Source: a virus
Length of the DNA: 64,000 nucleotides
Virus record (IMG/VR): IMGVR_UViG_3300045988_088194
Direction: 5' to 3' (one strand)
Part shown: positions 1-9,800 of the stretch, piece after piece
Layout: the number at the start of each line of letters is the position of its first letter
Numbering within the stretch: position 1 is the stretch's first letter
Translations under genes and position numbers: made by a program
Notes under the pieces: model-generated
What the model saw: only the letters and a program-made list of their open reading frames with translations
Databases searched by the model: none
What the model was told of the DNA's origin: nothing

Positions 1-525
1 GTCCATGATGATGGAGTAAAAGAGGTAAATGTCAATTTCAGAGGAAGAACTGATAAGGCTAATATACCTGAACATTTGTACAGAAAGCTTAAAGAACTGT
101 TTGACAATGTTGATTGGTTTAAGATATTTGATATCACAGGTACCACATCCATTACCCTCTATGGTGAAGGCTATGGAGCCAAGATTCAGAAAGGAGGTAA
201 CTACATAAGTTCTGATGTAGATTTTATCCTCTTTGATGTTAAAGTTGGTAAATGGTGGCTGCAAAGGGATGCTGTTGAAGATATTGCAGATGAACTCAAC
301 ATCAAAGTAGTCCCTCTTATAGGATATATGACTATCCCTGAGGCAATTGAGTATGTCAAGAAAGGCTTTAAGTCTACTATTGCAGAGAATGAGGATTATG
401 ATGCTGAAGGTCTTGTTCTTAAGACTCCTACAGGACTCCTGAGAAGGAATGGAGAAAGGCTTGTAACCAAAATCAAGACAGTTGACTTCAGAAAATACAG
501 AGATAGTCAAGTGATGAAATCATGA
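1..525 (+). CDS. ATP-dependent RNA ligase-like nucleotidyltransferase, C-terminal part (5' end outside window)
   Basis: Frame 1 is open from nt 1; the track start at 76 is an internal TTG. Ligase motifs seen: III LYGEGYG, IIIa FILFDV, IV EGLVLK, V LVTKIK. Confidence 0.6.
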   Translation, partial: VHDDGVKEVNVNFRGRTDKANIPEHLYRKLKELFDNVDWFKIFDITGTTSITLYGEGYGAKIQKGGNYISSDVDFILFDVKVGKWWLQRDAVEDIADELNIKVVPLIGYMTIPEAIEYVKKGFKSTIAENEDYDAEGLVLKTPTGLLRRNGERLVTKIKTVDFRKYRDSQVMKS

Positions 526-710
526 AGCAGTGGACATCAAGAGAGTTTCTAAGGATGCTTAGAAAGAATGGATATACTTACAGCAGACATAATGGGGACC
601 ATCATATCTATGTAAGTGAGGGAGGAAGGCATATATCTGTACCTCAGAAACTTGAGTGTGTCATTGCAAGAAGACTAATTAAAGAATATAATTTGAATAT
701 TGAACTATGA
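522..710 (+). CDS. hicA: HicA-like mRNA interferase toxin (YcfA/HicA family)
   Basis: 62 aa. The pattern REFLRMLRKNGYTYSRHNGDHHIY...ISVPQ matches the HicA core (L..L.k.G....r..GSHh......l.vP). ATGA overlap with the upstream gene. Confidence 0.6.
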   Translation: MKQWTSREFLRMLRKNGYTYSRHNGDHHIYVSEGGRHISVPQKLECVIARRLIKEYNLNIEL

Positions 711-949
711 GTTTAGGAGGATACCCATTGGGAGCTGACCAGGACCCAAGAGCTCCCTGGAAAGAAAAAGATGTCTTTGTAGATGCTACAGTAAGTATCA
801 CATATCATAAGACTATAAGGGTCAAACTTAATGAGCATTATGATACTCCTGACCTCTACAATGCTGCACAGGATGAGGTCTATGATGATGTAAAAGCACT
901 TTCTGACAATGGCTGGTATGAGGATGAATTTGAAGTGGTAGAAGAGTAA
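707..949 (+). CDS. small acidic hypothetical protein (possible non-canonical HicA partner)
   Basis: 80 aa, strongly acidic C-terminus (YEDEFEVVEE). Overlaps the hicA-like stop by 4 nt. No recognisable HicB motifs. Confidence 0.4.
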   Translation: MSLGGYPLGADQDPRAPWKEKDVFVDATVSITYHKTIRVKLNEHYDTPDLYNAAQDEVYDDVKALSDNGWYEDEFEVVEE

Positions 950-1530
950 TGGCAACAGTTTATTTCATATCAGATGCTCACTTTGGACATAAGAACTTGA
1001 GTGAGAGATTTAGAGGAATGTCTGTTGAAGAGTCAGATGAATTGTTAATCAGGAATTGGAATAACAAGGTAAAGAAGAAAGATGATATTGTCTATTATCT
1101 TGGTGACTTTTCAATGGATGCTCCTGAACTTCTTGAGAAGTATCTTGACAAATTGAATGGAAAGATATACATCATAGGAGGAAACCATGATACAAGAAGA
1201 GTGTGTACCAAATTCAAAGAGTTAGGCATTACTGTACTTGGATGTATGGAATATAAGGGCTATATGCTCACTCATATGCCTGTAGATAGAAGGATGATTA
1301 AGGAAGGTCCATTCAGAAGATATAGAGGAAACATACATGGGCATATCCATGCTTATGAACTTGTTTCCCCAGACTATATTTCTGTGGCTGCTGACCTCAA
1401 TAATCTTACTCCTATGACTTTTGAGGAGATTATTGAGAAGCAGAAGAAGAAACATCAATTGAAAGTCAAACTCAAGAACTTCCTTATGTATGTTACCTTT
1501 TTGTTTAACAAAACTTTTAAGAAGAAATGA
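949..1530 (+). CDS. calcineurin-like metallophosphoesterase
   Basis: Motifs SDAHFGH, LGDF, GGNHD, GHIH in canonical order. Confidence 0.8.
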   Translation: MATVYFISDAHFGHKNLSERFRGMSVEESDELLIRNWNNKVKKKDDIVYYLGDFSMDAPELLEKYLDKLNGKIYIIGGNHDTRRVCTKFKELGITVLGCMEYKGYMLTHMPVDRRMIKEGPFRRYRGNIHGHIHAYELVSPDYISVAADLNNLTPMTFEEIIEKQKKKHQLKVKLKNFLMYVTFLFNKTFKKK

Positions 1531-2213
1531 GAATATTGGTTATAGGTGACATACATGGTCACAATGGCTGGGATAAAATAGTCTTCAAGGAGGATTGGGA
1601 TAAAGTAGTCTTCCTTGGAGATTATTTTGACAATTATAAGAATACTCCTGGAAAAGAGCAAGTTACTAACTTCAAGGAGATACTTGCAATGAAGGCTACT
1701 CACCCTGATAAGGTAGAACTTCTTTATGGAAATCATGACCATTCCTATCTTAACAAGGAGATGTGCAGTGGTTATAAATGGCAAAATCAACTTATTTATG
1801 AAGAAGTACTTAAGGGAGCTAAGGATAAAGGTTGGCTTAAACCTGTGTATATTCATGATGACATTATCTTCTCTCATGCAGGAGTGTCTTCATATTGGCT
1901 CAAAGAGGTAGCCCAATTAGCACATCCTCAGGATATTACTTGGGAGAATGTTCCTCTTGATAAGTTCAACTTCAATGGACTTACTGGATACAATTCATTT
2001 GGAGATACACCTTCACAGAGTCCTATCTGGATTAGACCTACATCTCTTCTGCAATACCCTATTGATGGATACAGGCAGGTAGTAGGACATACTCATATGG
2101 GGGCTCCTGTGAATAGAGATGGAGTATGGTTCAATGATATGATGCCTAAGTATTATATCATTATTGAAGATGGCAACATAGAATTTAAGGAGAATAAATA
2201 TGAGATTAATTAA
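1527..2213 (+). CDS. metallophosphoesterase, lambda-PPase/ApaH-like
   Basis: Motifs GDIHGH, LGDYFD, GNHD, SHAG, GHTH. Overlaps the upstream stop by 4 nt. Confidence 0.8.
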   Translation: MRILVIGDIHGHNGWDKIVFKEDWDKVVFLGDYFDNYKNTPGKEQVTNFKEILAMKATHPDKVELLYGNHDHSYLNKEMCSGYKWQNQLIYEEVLKGAKDKGWLKPVYIHDDIIFSHAGVSSYWLKEVAQLAHPQDITWENVPLDKFNFNGLTGYNSFGDTPSQSPIWIRPTSLLQYPIDGYRQVVGHTHMGAPVNRDGVWFNDMMPKYYIIIEDGNIEFKENKYEIN

Positions 2214-3042
2214 ACCTTCTTATGAAATATGGGAGCAGGAGTCTGGTCTTGAAGGTGTCTATAAGATGATAGAGAAGGTAGGTAGAGTCTGTTATAAATC
2301 AGAAGATAAGATAGCAGAAGGAACTGCAAAGTCTTTTGTAGACAGACTTATGAAATCAGGACATGGTGCTATGTTGGAACATGGTACTATATATCTGATG
2401 ATTCCAAATGACCACCAAGCATATAATTTCTTCGGAGATAATTGGGTAAGAGACACCTATGGTGCATCTCCTTATTCTTCAGTAGTTTGGGATAGTGATA
2501 AAATTTACATTACAACTAACTTAAGAGTGCTGGTGGAGAATGGTTGGCTTGATGACTTGAAGTATCTTTGTGAACCTACTGAGTATCATGTTAAGAGAGT
2601 TACTGTACACTTTGTATGTGATAGAGGAGTATCCCATGAATTTGTAAGACATAGAGTGTTTAGCTTTGCTCAGGAGAGTACAAGATATTGCAATTATTCT
2701 AAGGATAAGTTTGGTAATGAAGTTACTTTCATTGAACCTTGCTGGTACAATACCTCTAAATCAAATGACCTTGCTGATGAGTATTTTATTAATAGTTTAA
2801 AAGATGCTGAACGGTTATATTTTAATCTATTAGACAATGGGTGGAAACCTCAGGAAGCAAGAGCAGTATTACCTAATGCTTTGAAGACAGAACTTGTAAT
2901 GACAGGTTTTGTGGATGAATCTGGATGGATAAACTTCTTTAATCTTAGAGCATTGGGGACTACAGGTGCACCACATCCTCAGGCTAAAGAACTTGCTGAA
3001 CCACTCTTTGAAGAGTTTAAAGCCAAAGGGCTTATTAAATAA
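2200..3042 (+). CDS. thyX: FAD-dependent thymidylate synthase ThyX
   Basis: ThyX signature RHRVFSFAQESTRY (RHR..S....S.RY) plus upstream GHGAMLEH. Confidence 0.85.
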   Translation: MRLIKPSYEIWEQESGLEGVYKMIEKVGRVCYKSEDKIAEGTAKSFVDRLMKSGHGAMLEHGTIYLMIPNDHQAYNFFGDNWVRDTYGASPYSSVVWDSDKIYITTNLRVLVENGWLDDLKYLCEPTEYHVKRVTVHFVCDRGVSHEFVRHRVFSFAQESTRYCNYSKDKFGNEVTFIEPCWYNTSKSNDLADEYFINSLKDAERLYFNLLDNGWKPQEARAVLPNALKTELVMTGFVDESGWINFFNLRALGTTGAPHPQAKELAEPLFEEFKAKGLIK

Positions 3043-3059
3043 TCACTAAAAAAAAAACA

Positions 3060-3692
3060 ATGACAACATTTATGAATAGGGATAAATTAAAAGTTGGTAA
3101 TATACTTTCTGAGACAACTCACTACAAGGTAGTAGCAAAGTTTGGAGACCATATTGACTGTATTCTTCAGGAAAGTGGAGATAAAGTAAGTCTTGGAAAT
3201 GACTATGCCTTGAAGTATTGTTCTTCAGGAGATGTCTATGAAGAAATCAAGGAGGTAACCAAGGAGGATAAGGCTGATGGAACTCCAGGTATAAGGTCTA
3301 TCTTTGAGAACATCCATTCTTCTGAGGTATTTACAGTGGTATTCAAAAAGCAGGATAAAAAGAAGACCAGAAAGCAGATAGCAGAGGAGAAGAACTCTCA
3401 GATAAATGAGGCTATTGCTATGATTAACAGAGCCAAAGAGCAGAAGAAGTCTATGGCTGTAGCCTATACTGAAGCTCTTCAGTTCATTCAGAACAATCCT
3501 GTTCAGGATTATATTGAAGGAGAGAGTAGAACTCTCAGAGGATACAAGATTCAGTTCCAATCAAGAGATGGAAGATATGACTGTGTGGATATGGACATTG
3601 AAAGAACTGATACTGAGAGTGGTATAAGACCAGTTAATATCAACACCATCAGCTCTTTAATCTATAAAGGTGTAAAATATGTAGTGAAATAA
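3060..3692 (+). CDS. hypothetical protein
   Basis: 210-aa ORF with ATG start after an A-run. Lys-rich central linker. No motif that I can name confidently. Confidence 0.5.
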   Translation: MTTFMNRDKLKVGNILSETTHYKVVAKFGDHIDCILQESGDKVSLGNDYALKYCSSGDVYEEIKEVTKEDKADGTPGIRSIFENIHSSEVFTVVFKKQDKKKTRKQIAEEKNSQINEAIAMINRAKEQKKSMAVAYTEALQFIQNNPVQDYIEGESRTLRGYKIQFQSRDGRYDCVDMDIERTDTESGIRPVNINTISSLIYKGVKYVVK

Positions 3693-3734
3693 AAATATAC
3701 ATAGAAATTCACTTACGGAATAATTAGATTTATT

Positions 3735-3766
3735 GGGGAGACTAATAAAGTCTCCCTTATTTTTTC
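3735..3766 (+). terminator. intrinsic terminator
   Basis: Stem GGGAGACT/AGTCTCCC (3736-3743 / 3749-3756) followed by TTATTTTTT. Confidence 0.7.
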
Positions 3767-3841
3767 TTTATAAAATTAGTAATCAAATTAGAGAGTATGT
3801 AGATTAATACTTAATAACTTGGTTAATTAAAATTAAATACT

Positions 3842-3849
3842 TATCTTTG
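3842..3849 (+). promoter_or_regulatory. Bacteroidota-type -7 box TATCTTTG
   Basis: Matches TAnnTTTG, 26 nt upstream of the giant-ORF ATG in a very AT-rich spacer. Confidence 0.5.
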
Positions 3850-3875
3850 TCCTAAATCTAAATTATTATAATAAT

Positions 3876-6800
3876 ATGGCTTGTGTAAACACAAAGGAAA
3901 AAAGTTTTAAAGAGCTAGTTTCTAAATATGGTGCTTCATCAGGAACTGTAGAAAATGCCATTAAAATTTATATGGATAAAAATAATCTTGAGACCTATGA
4001 TACTAATTCTCAAGATTTCATAGACCATATGGATTCTTATTTTCAGCTTAAAAGCAGTAATTTCTACTCTTCTAAAGGTAAGTACAATAGAGCTCATGCT
4101 CTTTGGGAAAAAATAAATCCTACACAAAATGTAGCAGATATAAAGACTGCTACTAAAGAGTATAATGCTCTTGTTGAAATATTTGGAGAAAATAATGTTA
4201 CTGTTTTTGAAACTTCAGATGGAGGATTTAGAGTTAGGGCAGCTGAGCCTATATTTGGTGACGGTATTACTTCAGATAAGAAATTATTGAAGGAAATGTC
4301 TGACATTCTTTCTAAAGCTCCTAGAGATAAAAATGGTAATCTATTAGCTCCTAATGGTAAAAAGTCTAATTTAACTGAAAGACAATATGCTCAAGTAAGA
4401 ACTAAAGCTTTTAAAGAGTGGTTTGGTGATTGGGAAACATTAGCAGAAGGACATAATAAAAAACTTAATTTACCTGATAAACCATCTGGTCTTACTGATA
4501 CTTGGATAAAAGATAATATAGTAGAATTTAAAGGTTTATCTACGGGAACTAAATATAATATAGGCTATTCTGGTGGAAGATATTTTATCGTTATAAATAT
4601 TAATGGAATTAATGTTCCATTCTATAAATCCTCAGGTTTAGGTGGAAAAAAGAATGTTGAAGCAGGTAAATGGTATCCATTTTTTGGGATATCTAAAAAA
4701 GGATGGTTAAATAAGACTACTGAGGAGGAAATAAACAACTACTATAATAGTCAAGTACTTGAATTAATTTCTAATAAACTAGATTCATTATTTAATAATG
4801 AAGACTATGGTATAGAAATAGTAAATGGTATTCCAGTAAAGAAGGGTAAACAAGCTAATAACGCTATAGATTTAAACTTTACAGACGGAGAAAAAGTCAT
4901 AAATAAAGACCTTAATCCTACTGAAAATCATAAAGATAATACTGTAAATATAGTAAATAGTAATATTGAAAAAGTTAAAAGGAGTATATCTTATACTACT
5001 TTAAATAATAAAGTCTCAAAAGTAGTAGATGAAAATGGTGAACCTTTGGTTGTTTATCATTATACAGATAATGAAAGTCTGACTAAATTTAGTACAGAGT
5101 TTGATAATTATTTCTCAAAGGAAGGTGGTACTAAGAAAGCTATATTCTTTACAACAGATAATGTTGTACCTGGTAGTGAAGATAACTTCTTAACTAATAG
5201 AAAAGCTAAGCTGGCATTATTCTTAAATATAAAAAACTTAGAAGAGTTTCATGGTACTAAAGAAGATTTGCATAAACAAGGAACTTCTTATAGAGAAATA
5301 GTAAATAAATCTTCTGAAAGAGCAGGTCTTGAAAATGGTATAGTATTTACTGGTTTTGATGATAACAAGAAGGAGAATCAAACTATATATGTTGTTCATA
5401 ATCCAAATCAAATTAAATCAGCTACTAGTAATACAGGAGCTTTTTCTAAAATTAATGATAGAATAGACGATTTTGAAAGTAATGTAAAAGTTACTGTTGA
5501 ATATACTCCTATAGGAAAAAGTAGACAAACTTATACTATTAGAGGGAACAAAATCTTTAATAAAGAAGGTAAAGAAGTCTTTAAGACAGACAGTGTAGAT
5601 AGAAACAAGATTTTTGCCAATCTTGCAGTACAGCAAGGTAGAGCAGTAGTAGTAAATCATAAGAATAAAGAGTATGTTGTAAACAACAGAAATCAGATTA
5701 TCTCTGTTACTACTGGTAAAATGATGCAGTGGGATGAAAAGAATGGAGATAGAAATGCAATCATTAAAGCTGCTCAGGAAAAGTTTAGTAAAAACAAACC
5801 CTCTGAAAGTATTCAAAAATCTGCGTCTTTTAATTGGGGAAGAACTTCAGATAATAATTATGAAGTATCTTCAAAAGGAGATAAAAGATTTTCTGCTCTT
5901 AATGCTACCTTTAAGAAAGGTACTGTTATAGATGGAGTAGATGTAGGAGGAATGACCATTGAAGATGTATATCAGAAGGTCATTAAAAAGAGTGGTAAAG
6001 GTAAAGCTCCTGCTGTAGATAGTAAGTTAAATATTTCTTACAGAGTAAGTACCGAAGGAATTACTAAGCAATATGGAGTAGTAATAGATAAAAATTTAAA
6101 AAGAAATTATAGTGAATGGCAAAATGCTAATCCAAATGGTATAGTTGCGTATAGAGTTAATTATAGTAAATACAATACCCCTGAAGAAGCACAAGCTGGT
6201 AGAATAGGTAATCCATTTTCTGAAGGTATAGGACAAGCTAATAAAGGGGAAGATACTGTACAAAAGTTCTTTATTTGGCTTACTACTGGAAATAACTTTG
6301 GTAATCCAAAAGCTACTGAAGAATATAGACAAGCCATTCTTCATAAACTAATTAGTACTCCAAAAGGAACTAATATATTATATTATACTGAACTCAATAG
6401 ACCATCTCATGCAACTGTATTAGGTTATTTAATTAATCATAAGGAATTTATAACAAACTATAAAGATAGTGCAGAAGATTTCTCTTATACTGAAGGTTAT
6501 TTACCATTGTGGCAAGAATGGGCTAAACAAAACCCTGAATTAATAGAGGAACTAAGAACTAAAGCAGCAGGTAAAACTCTTACTGACCAGTTTGCTAATA
6601 CAAGAGTAAGTCAGGCAAGAGCTTTGGCTGATATTCTTAATTCTACTAATACTAAGTCAGAAACTATAGAAGAAGCTCCTATATTTGAAGAAGAAAATAA
6701 TAATATGCAATCTGCTAAAGAACTTGTAGATAGGATGATAGCAGATTCAAGAGAGCATATTAAATTTAACAAAGAGGACCATTCCTATATAGTAGATGGA

Positions 6801-9800
6801 AAAAAGGCTGATACCAGTGTTACTCAGTTTATACATGGTAAGAAAGACCTTGGTCAATGGGGAACAGCAGCCTCTGCCATAGGTACAACAGCAGACAGTG
6901 TCACAAGAGACTTCTTCAAAGGTGAGCTGAAAGATGAATATCCAAACTTGTCAGATAAGGACCTTTCCTTTCTCAAGCATGACTTGAAGAGCCTTAGGAA
7001 CTTCTTTGACAAGAAGTTTGGAAAGGACAAATATACAGTAGTGACTGAAGAGTTCCCAATAGCCTCAAAGTATACATACACTGACAAGGATGGAAAACTT
7101 AAGGGAGGTGTAATGGCAGGAACTATGGATATGCTTATCTATGATAATGAAGGTAACTTCTATATCTATGATATGAAGACTTCAAGAAGTGGTCTCAATG
7201 AGAACAAGGTTGCTGGATATGCAAAGCAGCTGACACTCTATAAGGCTATTCTTGAGGCCAATTATCCAGAGCTGAGAGGCAAGATAAAGGAGCTTAAACT
7301 TATTCAGTTTAGGGTAGGTTATCCACAACCTGGAGCTGACTTCATCTATTCAGCAACTGATGGTCAGTTATATCTTAATAATGTTCCTATTCAGGAGACT
7401 GAAGACTACTATGCACCTCACTTGGATTTTACTGGAAACAGTCTTGACAATCAGGTGCTTGTTCCAGTAGAACCTGTAAGTATGGATATTCACTTTGAAG
7501 GTATGACTGAAGATGAGGTAGAATCAATGAGGGAGGAAACAAGAGAGCCAGAGAGTACTGAGTTCTCACAGAATGAAGTAGATAGCCAGAGAGATAACCT
7601 CTATGGAAACCCTCTGCTTTCAGCTACAGAGAGAACATTCCTTGCTAACAATGTAATGAGTCTTACTTCCTTTATTGTTACTCACTTACAGACAAATCCT
7701 GAGGCTAATCAGTTCTATTTTGGAGACCAATTCAGTAGGCTCAACTTTACTAAGATGTCAAGAGAAGACATCATAAGTACTGTTGGGGTAACAAAGATAT
7801 TTGAGTATATAAAGGAAAGATGGTATAATCCTGATAACAGGACTGACATTGATGATTTTGATACTCTTGACAAGTTACAGATAGCCTATGACAACTGGGC
7901 AGCCCTTGTGAAGTCTGCCTATGCAAAACTTATAACTCTTGAAGGTGTTACAGTAGTTGCTGCAAGACCTGATGAAATAAGTAGAGAGGATATTGAGACC
8001 TCTTTTCAAGAACAGATAGATGCTGGTGAACTTGAAGAGAAAGAAAGGGAGTATTGGCAGCTTGGTATAAGAAACATATCAGCAAGGTCAAGTCTTAGTG
8101 GTGATATAAGAAGGTCATTTGAAAGGCTCTTTGCCATAGACTCCAATGGAAATCCTATAAAGGACAAGTTTGGTTTCAATTTTGATACTTTTGTAGATTC
8201 TGGTGTTGCTGTAAATAGTATCCTTGAATGGACCAGAACTGCTACAACTGTAGAAGAGATGGAGGAGATACTTGATGGAATGAAGGACTCTTATCCTTGG
8301 CTTAACTCTATCCTCAATAAGATAAAGGAAGAACCTTTCAGGTCTCAATTCTTTCAGAATTTCAGAAAGGACTTTACACAGTATAGTATTGTAACTGTGG
8401 AAAGGGATGAGAAAGGAAATAAGGTATATCAGACTCAAATAATTAACACTAAGGGAGCATCACAGTCTGTACTTGATGAGATTACTACCTATTATAATTC
8501 AGGACTTATGCAGAACATCATAATCACTGCTGATGGTATTGAAGGTAAGGGTAGGGTTAATGTCAAGAATGTTGAGGCTCTTAAGGCTGAGAAGGACAAA
8601 ATAGTATCTGACCTTAAGGGTGCATTCACTGCTGTGAGAAAGGAAGTATATAATAACACTCTCAAGAACTCTGTACCTAAGATTACAAAACTCCTAAATG
8701 AGTTAGGAATAAGAGTAGATGCCAAGACAGTCTCTAATACCATAGTTGGTAAAGAAAGACCTAAGGACATTAATAACTCCCCAGTAATGAAACTTCTGAG
8801 TGAAATGTCCTATATGTTTGATGCCTTGCTATCAAAGAAGGACTCTACCTCATATAATCCTCTTCTTAAAGGGGAGGAGAAGAACATCTATGGAAATTAT
8901 AAATCTATAGTTGGACTTATGAGCAAGTATATTCAGGACAGTATTGAGTCATCATCCTATGAGAATGGCAAGATGCACTACTCTTTTGTAACTCCTTCTT
9001 ATATGGGAAAACTTATTCTCAATCTGAAAGATGCCATTGGCAATCCAAGCAAGTTCAATTCATTTATGGAAGAGAATTATGGGTCATATAGATGGTTCAG
9101 GGAAGAGGATGGAACTTGGAATAATGCATGGCTTGAGTTGATTTCTGAAAGTAAGGATGCAAGACAAGGCTTGGAACATAAAGTTCAGTTGTCATTTGAT
9201 GGAACTCCTTACACTGATTTGAGTGAGTTGGGATATACTCTATCTCTTATGAGTGAGTACTTCTATGATAAGGGAAGTAGAGGAAAAGGTCCTCAGTGGG
9301 CATGGTACAGAGTTCCTATGCTTTCAAATAAACCTTCTTCCGAATTTATAAGGTTCAAGAGATACTCAGGTTCTGAATATAAGAGAAGAATCAAGAGGGG
9401 ACTCAAAATGGTTCTCAATCAGGAAGTTCTTAGGTTCAGAGCTGTACTTGAAAGAAGTGTGAATGCAAACATTGAACCTATCTCAAACTTTGATATAAGT
9501 TCTAAAGTCCTGAAGAAGAATCCTCAGATTGAGGCTAAGATGAGAGCTGGAGAACCTCTTACTCATGATGACCTTGTGAAGAATGGAAAACTTATAACTG
9601 CTGCAAGTGGAGCTTCCTTTAAGTTCCTTGAAGCTTTCAATCAAAATATAGTTGAAGGTGATGAGCTTGGAATGATGCTTATAGACAAGATAAATGGTGT
9701 CAGTGTAAATGAGGATTCTTTTGACAAGTTAGTCAATCAGAACCTTGATTCTTACATGGACATTATAGTAAGCAAGGAGATTTCACAGTGGGAGAAGATT

